64,000 nt of DNA, taken from positions 234,484,001-234,548,000 of the forward strand of contig OZ024742.1 in NCBI GenBank assembly GCA_964016885.1, read 5' to 3'. The position numbers were made by a program, and so were the translations under genes. This DNA comes from Eledone cirrhosa (taxonomy: Eukaryota). This document shows positions 41,601-53,249 of this stretch, one piece after another; position 1 is the stretch's first letter, and every line of letters starts with the position of its first letter. The notes under the pieces are model-generated. The model saw only the letters and a list, made by a program, of their open reading frames with translations, was not told the DNA's origin and searched no databases.

Positions 41601-44600
41601 GTGTGGGCTGGATGCCATTTTCTTATGACACCATCACTACCACTTTACAGTGTGGGCTAGGTGCACTTTATTGTGACACCATCACTACCACTTTACAGTG
41701 TGGGATAGGTGCACTTTATTGTGACACCATCACTACCACTTTACAGTGTGGGGTAGGTGCACTTTATTGTGACACCATCACTACCACTTTACAGCGTGGG
41801 CTAGGTGCACTTTATTGTGACACCATCACTACCACTTTACAGTGTGGGCTGGATGCCATTTTATTGTGACACAATCACCACCACTTTACAGTGTGGGCTA
41901 GGTTCACTTTATTGTGACACCATCACTACCACTTTACAGTGTGGGCTGGATGCACTTTATTGTGACACCATCACTACCACTTTACATTTTGGGATAGGTG
42001 CACTTTATTGTGACACCATCACTACCACTTTACAGTGTGGGCTAGGTGCACTTTATTGTGACACCATCACTACCACTTTACAGTGTGGGCTGAATGCACT
42101 TTATTATGACACCATCACTACCACTTTACAGTGTGGGCTAGGTGCACTTTATTGTGACACCATCACTACCACTTTACAGTGTGGGCTAGGTGCACTTTAT
42201 TGTGACACCATCACTACCACTTTACAGTGTGGGCTAGGTGCACTTTATTGTGACACTATCACTACCACTTTACATTTTGGGATAGGTGCACTTTATTGTG
42301 ACACCATTACTACCACTTTACATTTTGGGCTAGGTGCACTTTATTGTGACACCATCACTACACTTTACAGTGTGGGCTGGATGCACTTTATTGTGACACC
42401 ATCACTACCACTTTACAGTGTGGGCTGGATGCCATTTTCTTATGACACCATCACTACCACTTTACAGTGTGGGCTAGGTGCACTTTATTGTGACACCATC
42501 ACTACCACTTTACAGTGTGGGCTAGGTGCACTTTATTGTGACACCATCACTACCACTTTACAGTGTGAGCTAGGTGCACTTTATTGTGACACCATCACTA
42601 CCACTTTACAGTGTGGGCTAGGTGCACTTTATTGTGACACCATCACTACCGCTTTACATTTTGGGATAGGTGCACTTTATTGTGACACCATTACTACCAC
42701 TTTACATTTTGGGATAGGTGCACTTTATTGTGACACCATTACTACCACTTTACAGTGTGGGCTAGGTGCACTTTATTGTGACACCATCACTACCACTTTA
42801 CAGTGTGAAATAGGTGCACTTTATTGTGACACCATCACTACCACTTTACAGTGTGGGATAGGTGCACTTTATTGTGACACCATCACTACCACTTTACAGT
42901 GTGGGCTGGATGCCATTTTCTTATGACACCATCACTACCACTTTACAGTGTGGGCTAGGTGCACTTTATTGTGACACCATCACTACCACTTTACAGTGTG
43001 GGATAGGTGCACTTTATTGTGACACCATCACTACCACTTTACAGTGTGGGCTGGATGCACTTTATTGTGACACCATCACTACCACTTTACAGTGTGGGAT
43101 AGGTGCACTTTATTGTGACACCATCACTACCACTTTACAGTGTGGGCTGGATGCCATTTTCTTATGACACCATCACTACCACTTTACAGTGTGGGCTAGG
43201 TGCACTTTATTGTGACACCATCACTACCACTTTACAGTGTGGGCTAGGTGCACTTTATTGTGACACCACCACTACCTCTTTACAGTGTGGGATAGGTGCA
43301 TTTTATTGTGACACCATCACTACCACTTTACAGTGTGGGCTGGATGCCATTTTCTTATGACACCATCACTACCACTTTACAGTGTGGGCTAGGTGCACTT
43401 TATTGTGACACCATCACTACCACTTTACAGTGTGGGCTGGATGCCATTTTCTTATGACACCATCACTACCACTTTACAGTGTGGGCTAGGTGCACTTTAT
43501 TGTGACACCATCACTACCACTTTACAGTGTGAGCTAGGTGCACTTTATTGTGACACCATCACTACCACTTTACAGTGTGGGCTAGGTGCACTTTATTGTG
43601 ACACCATCACTACCGCTTTACATTTTGGGATAGGTGCACTTTATTGTGACACCATTACTACCACTTTACATTTTGGGATAGGTGCACTTTATTGTGACAC
43701 CATTACTACCACTTTACAGTGTGGGCTAGGTGCACTTTATTGTGACACCATCACTACCACTTTACAGTGTGAAATAGGTGCACTTTATTGTGACACCATC
43801 ACTACCACTTTACAGTGTGGGATAGGTGCACTTTATTGTGACACCATCACTACCACTTTACAGTGTGGGCTGGATGCCATTTTCTTATGACACCATCACT
43901 ACCACTTTACAGTGTGGGCTAGGTGCACTTTATTGTGACACCATCACTACCACTTTACAGTGTGGGATAGGTGCACTTTATTGTGACACCATCACTACCA
44001 CTTTACAGTGTGGGCTGGATGCACTTTATTGTGACACCATCACTACCACTTTACAGTGTGGGATAGGTGCACTTTATTGTGACACCATCACTACCACTTT
44101 ACAGTGTGGGCTGGATGCCATTTTCTTATGACACCATCACTACCACTTTACAGTGTGGGCTAGGTGCACTTTATTGTGACACCATCACTACCACTTTACA
44201 GTGTGGGCTAGGTGCACTTTATTGTGACACCACCACTACCTCTTTACAGTGTGGGATAGGTGCATTTTATTGTGACACCATCACTACCACTTTACAGTGT
44301 GGGCTGGATGCCATTTTCTTATGACACCATCACTACCACTTTACAGTGTGGGCTAGGTGCACTTTATTGTGACACCATCACTACCACTTTACAGTGTGGG
44401 CTGGATGCCATTTTCTTATGACACCATCACTACCACTTTACAGTGTGGGCTAGGTGCACTTTATTGTGACACCATCACTACCACTTTACAGTGTGGGATA
44501 GGTGCACTTTATTGTGACACCATCACTACCACTTTACAGTGTGGGATAGGTGCACTTTATTGTGACACCATCACTACCACTTTACAGCGTGGGCTAGGTG

Positions 44601-47600
44601 CACTTTATTGTGACACCATCACTACCACTTTACAGTGTGGGCTGGATGCCATTTTATTGTGACACAATCACCACCACTTTACAGTGTGGGCTAGGTGCAC
44701 TTTATTGTGACACCATCACTACCACTTTACAGTGTGGGCTGGATGCACTTTATTGTGACACCATCACTACCACTTTACATTTTGGGATAGGTGCACTTTA
44801 TTGTGACACCATCACTACCACTTTACAGTGTGGGCTGGATGCCATTTTCTTATGACACCATCACTACCACTTTCCATTTTGGGATAGGTGCACTTTATTG
44901 TGACACCATCACTACCACTTTACAGTGTGGGCTGGATGCCATTTTCTTATGACACCATCACTACCACTTTACAGTGTGGGCTAGGTGCACTTTATTGTGA
45001 CACCATCACTACCACTTTACAGTGTGGGCTGGATGCACTTTATTGTGACACCATCACTACCACTTTACAGTGTGGGCTAGGTGCACTTTATTGTGACACC
45101 ATCACTACCACTTTACAGTGTGAGCTAGGTGCACTTTATTGTGACACCATCACTACCACTTTACAGTGTGGGCTAGGTGCACTTTATTGTGACACCATCA
45201 CTACCACTTTACATTTTGGGATAGGTGCACTTTATTGTGACACCATTACTACCACTTTACATTTTGGGATAGGTGCACTTTATTGTGACACCATTACTAC
45301 CACTTTACAGTGTGGGCTAGGTGCACTTTATTGTGACACCATCACTACCACTTTACAGTGTGAAATAGGTGCACTTTATTGTGACACCATCACTACCACT
45401 TTACAGTGTGGGATAGGTGCACTTTATTGTGACACCATCACTACCACTTTACAGTGTGGGCTGGATGCCATTTTCTTATGACACCATCACTACCACTTTA
45501 CAGTGTGGGCTAGGTGCACTTTATTGTGACACCATCACTACCACTTTACAGTGTGGGATAGGTGCACTTTATTGTGACACCATCACTACCACTTTACAGT
45601 GTGGGCTGGATGCACTTTATTGTGACACCATCACTACCACTTTACAGTGTGGGATAGGTGCACTTTATTGTGACACCATCACTACCACTTTACAGTGTGG
45701 GCTGGATTCCATTTTCTTATGACACCATCACTACCACTTTACAGTGTGGGCTAGGTGCACTTTATTGTGACACCATCACTACCACTTTACAGTGTGGGCT
45801 AGGTGCACTTTATTGTGACACCACCACTACCACTTTACAGTGTGGGATAGGTGCATTTTATTGTGACACCATCACTACCACTTTACAGTGTGGGCTGGAT
45901 GCCATTTTCTTATGACACCATCACTACCACTTTACATTTTGGGATAGGTGCACTTTATTGTGACACCACCGCTACCACTTTACAGTGTGGGCTGGATGCC
46001 ATTTTCTTATGACACCATCACTACCACTTTACATTTTGGGATAGGTGCACTTTATTGTGACACCATTACTACCACTTTACAGTGTTGGATAGGTGCACTT
46101 TATTGTGACACCATCACTACCACTTTACAGTGTGGGATAGGTGCACTTTATTGTGACACCATCACTACCACTTTACAGTGTGGGCTAGGTGCACTTTATT
46201 GTGACACCATCACTACCACTTTACAGTGTGGGCTGGATGCACTTTATTGTGACACCATCACTACCACTTTACAGTGTGGGCTGGATGCCATTTTCTTATG
46301 ACACCATCACTACCACTTTACAGTGTGGGCTAGGTGCACTTTATTGTGACACCATCACTACCACTTTATAGTGTGGGCTGGATGCCATTTTCTTATGACA
46401 CCATCATTACCACTTTACATTTTGGGATAGGTGCACTTTATTGTGACACCATCACTACCACTTTACAGTGTGGGCTGGATGCACTTTATTGTGACACCAT
46501 CACTACCACTTTACAGTGTGGGATAGGTGCACTTTATTGTGACACCATCACTACCACTTTACAGTGTGGGCTGGATTCCATTTTCTTATGACACCATCAC
46601 TACCACTTTACAGTGTGGGCTAGGTGCACTTTATTGTGACACCATCACTACCACTTTACAGTGTGGGCTAGGTGCACTTTATTGTGACACCACCACTACC
46701 ACTTTACAGTGTGGGATAGGTGCATTTTATTGTGACACCATCACTACCACTTTACAGTGTGGGCTGGATGCCATTTTCTTATGACACCATCACTACCACT
46801 TTACATTTTGGGATAGGTGCACTTTATTGTGACACCACCGCTACCACTTTACAGTGTGGGCTGGATGCCATTTTCTTATGACACCATCACTACCACTTTA
46901 CATTTTGGGATAGGTGCACTTTATTGTGACACCATTACTACCACTTTACAGTGTTGGATAGGTGCACTTTATTGTGACACCATCACTACCACTTTACAGT
47001 GTGGGATAGGTGCACTTTATTGTGACACCATCACTACCACTTTACAGTGTGGGCTAGGTGCACTTTATTGTGACACCATCACTACCACTTTACAGTGTGG
47101 GCTGGATGCACTTTATTGTGACACCATCACTACCACTTTACAGTGTGGGCTGGATGCCATTTTCTTATGACACCATCACTACCACTTTACAGTGTGGGCT
47201 AGGTGCACTTTATTGTGACACCATCACTACCACTTTATAGTGTGGGCTGGATGCCATTTTCTTATGACACCATCATTACCACTTTACATTTTGGGATAGG
47301 TGCACTTTATTGTGACACCATCACTACCACTTTACAGTGTGGGCTAGGTGCACTTTATTGTGACACCATCACTACCACTTTACAGTGTGGGCTGGATGCC
47401 ATTTTCTTATGACACCATCACTACCACTTTACAGTGTGGGCTAGGTGCACTTTATTGTGACACCATCACTACCACTTTATAGTGTGGGCTGGATGCCATT
47501 TTCTTATGACACCATCACTACCACTTTACATTTTGGGATAGGTGCACTTTATTGTGACACCATCACTACCACTTTACAGTGTGGGATAGGTGCACTTTAT

Positions 47601-48202
47601 TGTGACACTATTACTACCACTTTACAGTGTGGGCTAGGTGCACTTTATTGTGACACCATCACTACCACTTTACAGTGTGGGCTAGGTGTACTTTATTGTG
47701 ACACCATCACTACCACTTTACAGTGTGGGCTAGGTGCACTTTATTGTGACACCATCACTACCACTTTACAGTGTGGGCTAGGTGCACTTTATTGTGACAC
47801 CCTCACTACCACTTTACATTTTGGGATAGGTGCACTTTATTGTGACACCATCACTACCACTTTACAGTGTGGGATAGGTGCACTTTATTATGACACCATC
47901 ACTACCACTTTACAGTGTGGGCTAGGTGCACTTTATTGTGACACCATCACTACCACTTTACAGTGTGGGATAGGTGCACTTTATTGTGACACCATCACTA
48001 CCACTTTACAGTGTGGGCTGGATGCACTTTATTGTGACACCATCACTACCACTTTACAGCGTGGGCTAGGTGCACTTTATTGTGACACCATCACTACCAC
48101 TTTACAGTGTGGGCTGGATGCCATTTTCTTATGACACCATCACTACCACTTTACAGTGTGGGCTGGATGCCATTTTCTTATGACACCATCACTACCACTT
48201 TA
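38670..48202. repeat. ~9.5-kb minisatellite/satellite, 48/49-bp unit, roughly 195-200 copies
   Basis: Consensus GTGACACCATCACTACCACTTTACAGTGTGGGCTAGGTGCACTTTATT. Recurrent variants: GGATAGG, CATTTTGGG, and a 49-bp CTGGATGCCATTTTCTTATGAC form. Shorter units occur at ~41130-41470. Confidence 0.98.
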
Positions 48203-48345
48203 TGTATGCTGCTGATAGATAATGCTTGGTTGGTAGATTATAATTCTTTTTTCTGATACTCTCTTGCCGTTACAATTTCTTAGTATTGATCCTGTTTACT
48301 TCATGTTTCTTTATATACCCTTTACTTCATGTTTCATTATATACC

Positions 48346-49416
48346 CTTCTTCTTCTTCTTCTTCTTCTTCTTGAAAGTGTCATGGGGGAAGAGTCCTCAA
48401 ACACTCGCTCGAGCACGTCCTGTCAGAAGCAATCATCTCTAATCAATCCAGAAGCAACCATCTCTAATGGATCCCAAAGTTAGACCAGCCAAGCTCAGGG
48501 ATGTTATCAAACCATCTTCTCCTGGGTCTCCTGCTGGTTGGTTTTGCGATTCTTTCCTGATACATTCTAACCACATGCCCATAATATTGGAGCTATGATC
48601 TTTCAATTCGGAGAAGTAGTAGCTCTTGTTTTGTAGACCTCAAAAAGGCATATGACCATGTTCCTCGGGATCTGCTGTGGAAAGTTCTGTAGAAGTATGG
48701 GATTGATGGTCGGCCCTGCTGTCTCTACACGAATGCCTGATTATTTGTATTCAGATAAATGGTGCTAAATTGAAACCATTCAATGTGGGTGTCTGCCAAG
48801 GGTGCATACTGAAACCTCTCTTGTTCATTATTTTCATGAACAGGATTGACATGTGCAGCTGGATTGGAAGTGATATCAAGACTGGCAGGTGTAAAATCAG
48901 TCAGCTGGAATTTGCAGATGACATGGGTGACTTAACTTGACAGAAGGTGTTCTCCGACTTGCACTTGATAGGTTTGATGCCAGGTGTTGCATGACTGGAA
49001 TGAAAATCAGTGCTGCGAAAACTAAGACACTCGTCCTCTCAAGGAAGCCTGCTCAGTGCATTCTACATATGAATGGAATTCCACTGAGACATGTGGAGAA
49101 GTTCAAGTATCTTGGAGCCATGTTCATGAGTGATGGAAGGCAGGAGGCTGAATTAAGTGCAAGAATTGTAGGAGCTACTGCAGTAATATGCCAGCTTCAG
49201 CATTCTGCAGTCAGAAGAAGGGAGGAGGGTGTAAAAGTCAAACTTGCTATCTTCAATTTGGTATTCATGCCAACCCTTACCTATGGCCATGAATCTTGGG
49301 TAATTACCAAAAGAATACGATCGTGAATACAAGTGGCCAAAATGGGATTCCTCCTAAGGGTCTTTGGAGTAATTTTACTCGATAAAGTGCGTAGCTCGGA
49401 GATCAGAGAGTCACTC
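48346..49416 (-). mobile_element. 5'-inverted RTE-like LINE (second family, (AAG)n tail)
   Basis: Minus-strand 3' end at 48346-48626 with a (CTT)n tract on the plus strand. Plus-strand RT fragment at 48627-49416 (CFVDLKKAYDHVPR, FADD, VEKFKYLG, PTLTYGHESW). Confidence 0.85.
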
Positions 49417-50157
49417 TTTATACTAATGAGTTAAACAAATTTTTATACTCTTTCTCTCTCTAACACTTTACTTTCCCCTTCTCAGACATAATGTTTATCC
49501 TATAAATTTGTGTGTTATTTTTTATAGAAATTTGCTGTAGATCAAATCTACTGAATCTTTAGTATTGCTTTTTCCTCAAAAATAATACCTTATTCAATAG
49601 ATGTGAAAATAATTTGAGGAAATTAATAGCAACAGCAACTATTATAATTATTATAATATTATTACTCGAAATACAATATATTAATTAGGCCTTTGAACTT
49701 AATATATTATACTTAAGGTAATTCAAAATAATATATATTTTTATCCAATATTTTGCATACATATTGAGATTTTTATAGAAGTGAATGTTGGGTCTTGGCA
49801 AATTGATTGATCATGCAGTGAAGGACCTCTGGAGTAAAATGTGATCAAATTGGAATATTCTTATCCTAGTTGCTATGTTCTCCTTTATTGTTTGTGCATA
49901 TCAACCATTCATTATCCATCACATGATATAATTAATGGATTATGTGTAAAAATTGCTTTTGCCAATACAGATTATATTGATTATTGATTACATTTAACTA
50001 AGATTGTGATTGCCTTGATTGTCTATGTGTTACCATGTAACCAAAATATAATTATAATTATTATTTTTATCCATTTCTTAGCAGCAGTGATGGTTACTTA
50101 TATGTTCTATACGTTGAATTGAATAATTAGGTAGTCAATTACATTGTTAATTACTGA

Positions 50158-50402
50158 CCTACATACATACATACACACATACATACATACATACACAACA
50201 CATACATACATACACACACGCACACACATACATACACAGATACATACATACATACATACACACATATATACATACGCATACACATATACGCATACACATA
50301 CATTCATACACACATACACACATACATATGCATACATACATACGCACGCATACCTACATACACACACATATACATACATACAATCATACACACACACACA
50401 CA
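50158..50402. repeat. Compound (CATA)n/(CA)n microsatellite
   Basis: Seen directly. Similar tracts at 8160-8290, 10248-10420, 34005-34115, 36885-36997 and 63200-63397. Confidence 0.95.
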
Positions 50403-50712
50403 AACAATATGTTGGACACTTTAGATTTGATGCATTGAGTGTTTACTGAAGTCACTTTTTCAAGGAAGTCACTTTTTCAAGAGGCATTTAGTTCTATGCA
50501 AAGCTAAGGAACTGACCATTATCTGAACACACGTGGGGGCTTAGAAGGGAGACAACCCTTTGGCGGATGAATTCAGTATGTGTGGTTATTGCAAAATTGC
50601 AATTGTATGTATATATATATATATATACACACACAACGAAGGAAGTGTGGTAAGGAACCAGGTGGACCATAACGCACCAGAGAACTCAATACTTAGGGTA
50701 GTAGAGTGGGTA

Positions 50713-50839
50713 ATAGGAAAATCTTCAAGACTCTGACGGCAGAGCTCAAGCCATTTCGACGGCTATTTCTGGACTCAGTCCAGAAATAGCCATCGAAATG
50801 GCTTGAGCTCTGCCGTTGGTGTCTTGAAGATTTTCCTAT
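50713..50839. repeat. 127-bp near-perfect palindrome (hairpin)
   Basis: ATAGGAAAATCTTCAAGAC...TTCTGGACT-C-AGTCCAGAA...GTCTTGAAGATTTTCCTAT. 63-bp arms, 1-nt centre, about 4 non-Watson-Crick positions. Confidence 0.92.
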
Positions 50840-50855
50840 ATATATATATATATAT

Positions 50856-51150
50856 CATCATCATCATCATCAACGTTTAACGTCCGTGTTCCACGCTTGC
50901 ATGGGTTTGGACGGGGGTAGTCCCACTTGAGGCAAGAGTGATTGTCTTGCTCGCATAGGACTGTCTGGCAGGTTTTCTACAGTTGGATGCCCTTCCTAAC
51001 ACCAACCACATTTACAGTGTGGGTCTGGGAGGTTTTTACCGTGTTGCCTACACGGCCACATTACAGCGTGGACTGTGTGTTTTTTTGTCGTGACACCTAC
51101 ACGATCTCATTTGTTTCGGCCTCGATGGCGCGGCACCAACATAACTTTAC
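50856..51150 (-). mobile_element. Headless non-autonomous RTE-type element / 3' UTR of the adjacent RT
   Basis: Reverse complement of the 34308-34608 family. Its (GAT)n tail abuts (TA)n. Confidence 0.88.
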
Positions 51151-51206
51151 ATAGAACGGGGTGGTGTGGATGGGGTGGGGGTGGTGACGGGACGGGGTGT
51201 ATTTTG

Positions 51207-52822
51207 TTAGAGATGCCTACTGGCAAGGCGGGTCTTCTCTGTTACTGAGTACCGCCAAAGGTCTCGGTCCAGTGACATTGTCTTGGAGAGGTGTAAGTGT
51301 GTGAAGTCGGAGTTTATCAGCTCGTCCCAGGTTTTTCTAGGTCTGCCTATTCCGTGGCTACCGTCTATCTTTATTGCCCTGCACTTTGTTATACAGCTAT
51401 CGACTTTCATGCGCATCACGTGTCCATACCAACGTAGCCTTCTCTCGAGTAAACAACATCTGATCCCTCTTATCTCTAATTTTTTCCTTAGTTCGTTTAT
51501 GCTTTGCCGTTCACGTATATTACTGTTACACATCCAGCGGAGCATGCAAGCTTCGTTCCTCTCTAGTCTGCGTATATCCTCTGCACACAATGCCCAGGTC
51601 TCACTGCCATGCAACATTGCTGTTCGTATGCAGGCATCGTACAACCTGCCTTTCATTTTTAGGGAGAACCCTTTAGCAGCTAATAGTGGTATAAGCTCTC
51701 TGAACTTTTTCCAACCAGTTCTGACTCTAGCTACAGTACTTTCAGAGCACCCTCGCCCACTGCTGATTTTATCGCCCAGGTAACGGAAGCTGTCCACTAT
51801 TTCTATAGAACCCTCTGCGCAATTGAAAGAGCTAGTATTTTGTGGGCACTTGTTGCTACTTATTGCACCAGAACACCGGCCACATGTAAAATCTATGTTC
51901 TTAGTTAGCTTACCTGTGATCCCACTACATCTTTTATGCACCCATACTTTGCATTTAGGACATAAAATGGAGTTTCTACCTACGCCTTTCCTACACACCG
52001 AGCACGACCATTTCCCAGAAGGGACCGCCGCCTTGTTTTCTTTCCTACAAACTAGAACTTTGGTCTTAGCCAGGTTAATTTTAAGTCCTTTTGACTCTAG
52101 GCCGTGCTTCCATGTTTGGAATTTCTTCTCTAGCTCGGCCATTGATTCCGCTATGAGTGTCAGGTCGTCTGCGTATAGGAGTTCCCATGGGCAGCCGGTC
52201 TTGAACTCCTCTGTTATAGCCTGAAGGGCAATAATAAATAGTAGGGGGATGAGAACAGAGCCCTGATGGACGCCAACTTTTACACTAAACTCTTCACTAT
52301 ATTCGTTGTTAATTCTAACCTTGCTGACTGTTTCTTTATACATGGCTTGTATAGCCCTCACAAGCCATTCGTCAACGCCTAGTTTTCTAAGAGCCCACCA
52401 GATAATGGAGCGGGGGACTCTGTCGAAGGCTTTCTCCAAGTCGACAAAAGCTAAGTAGAGGGGTTTACCTTTAGCTAGGAACTTCTCCTGTAGTTGTCGT
52501 ACTATGAAAAGAGCGTCTGTGGTACTTTTGCCTGACACAAACCCGAACTGCATTTCATCTAGGTCAATTCTCTCTCTGATTAGTTGCGCTATTACTTTTT
52601 CCGTGACCTTCATGACCTGGTCGATTAATTTAATGCCTCTATAGTTACTCCTATCTAGGGCGTCTCCTTTACCCTTATAACAGTTAACGATGATGCTGCT
52701 ATGCCAGTCCTTCGGAACAACCCCATTCTGTACGACATGGTTAACTATGCGAGTGACCATGGTGTGTCCCACCGTGCCAGATGCCTTCAGCATCTCAGCA
52801 ACTATTTCCGAAGACCCAGCCG
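51207..52822 (-). mobile_element. 5'-truncated RTE LINE with an uninterrupted RT + PHD-like finger + C-terminus frame (~537 codons)
   Basis: Stop-free from AAGSSEIVAEMLKA to RHL*. Contains NYRGIKL, QFGF, FVDLEKAFD, HQGS, intact YADD, FRYLG and RRLRWYGHV. No endonuclease. The ORF-track start is a read-through from the flanking repeat. Confidence 0.93.
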
Positions 52823-52840
52823 CCATATATATACATATAT

Positions 52841-53116
52841 ATCCAGGCCGAAACAAATGAGATCGTGTAGGTGTCACAACAAAAAAACACACAGTCCACG
52901 CTGTAATGTGGCCGTGTAGGCCACACGGTAAAAACCTCCCAGACCCACACTGTAAATGTGGTTGGTGTTAGGAAGGGCATCCAACTGTAGAAAACCTGCC
53001 AGACAGTCCTATGCGAGCAAGACAATCACTCTTGCCTCAAGTGGGACTACCCCCGTCCAAACCCATGCAAGCGTGGAACACGGACATTAAACGTTGATGA
53101 TGATGATGATGATGAT
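52841..53116 (+). mobile_element. Headless non-autonomous RTE-type element, inverted relative to 50856-51150
   Basis: About 4 differences by eye from the reverse complement of 50856-51125. Flanked by (TA)n. Confidence 0.9.
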
Positions 53117-53249
53117 ATATATATAACAGAAAATGAGGTTTTTTTAAAAAAAGGAGATGTCCCACACAGGTGAAAGTATAAGGAAAAGAAATTGAAAATG
53201 CAACTGGAGTCTTTTAAGAAATGACACTGGTTCATTTAGTACCACTGAT

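Noticed and set aside
38691-48134. Cys/Thr-rich repeat protein (CDTITTTLQCGLGALY)n
   Set aside because: The open frame follows from a stop-free 48-bp unit. It is broken repeatedly by 49-bp and shortened units, has no splice or promoter support, and the flanking CDC14 exons already join in frame.
38670-48202. CRISPR-like array or repeat-spacer system next to reverse transcriptases
   Set aside because: There are no unique spacers; the variable part is a handful of point variants of one sequence. No cas genes are present, the context is a eukaryotic intron, and the RTs are ordinary non-LTR types.
50107-50449. ORFs rich in V/C/M/Y or H/T (also 8151-8553, 10174-10447, 33845-34183, 36680-37090, 63151-63419)
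   Set aside because: These are translations of microsatellites.
51207-52892. Domesticated 561-aa RT gene or retron/group II intron RT
   Set aside because: The N-terminal ~23 aa come from the flanking repeat and TA tract. The remainder is a 5'-truncated RTE LINE homologous to other copies in the window.
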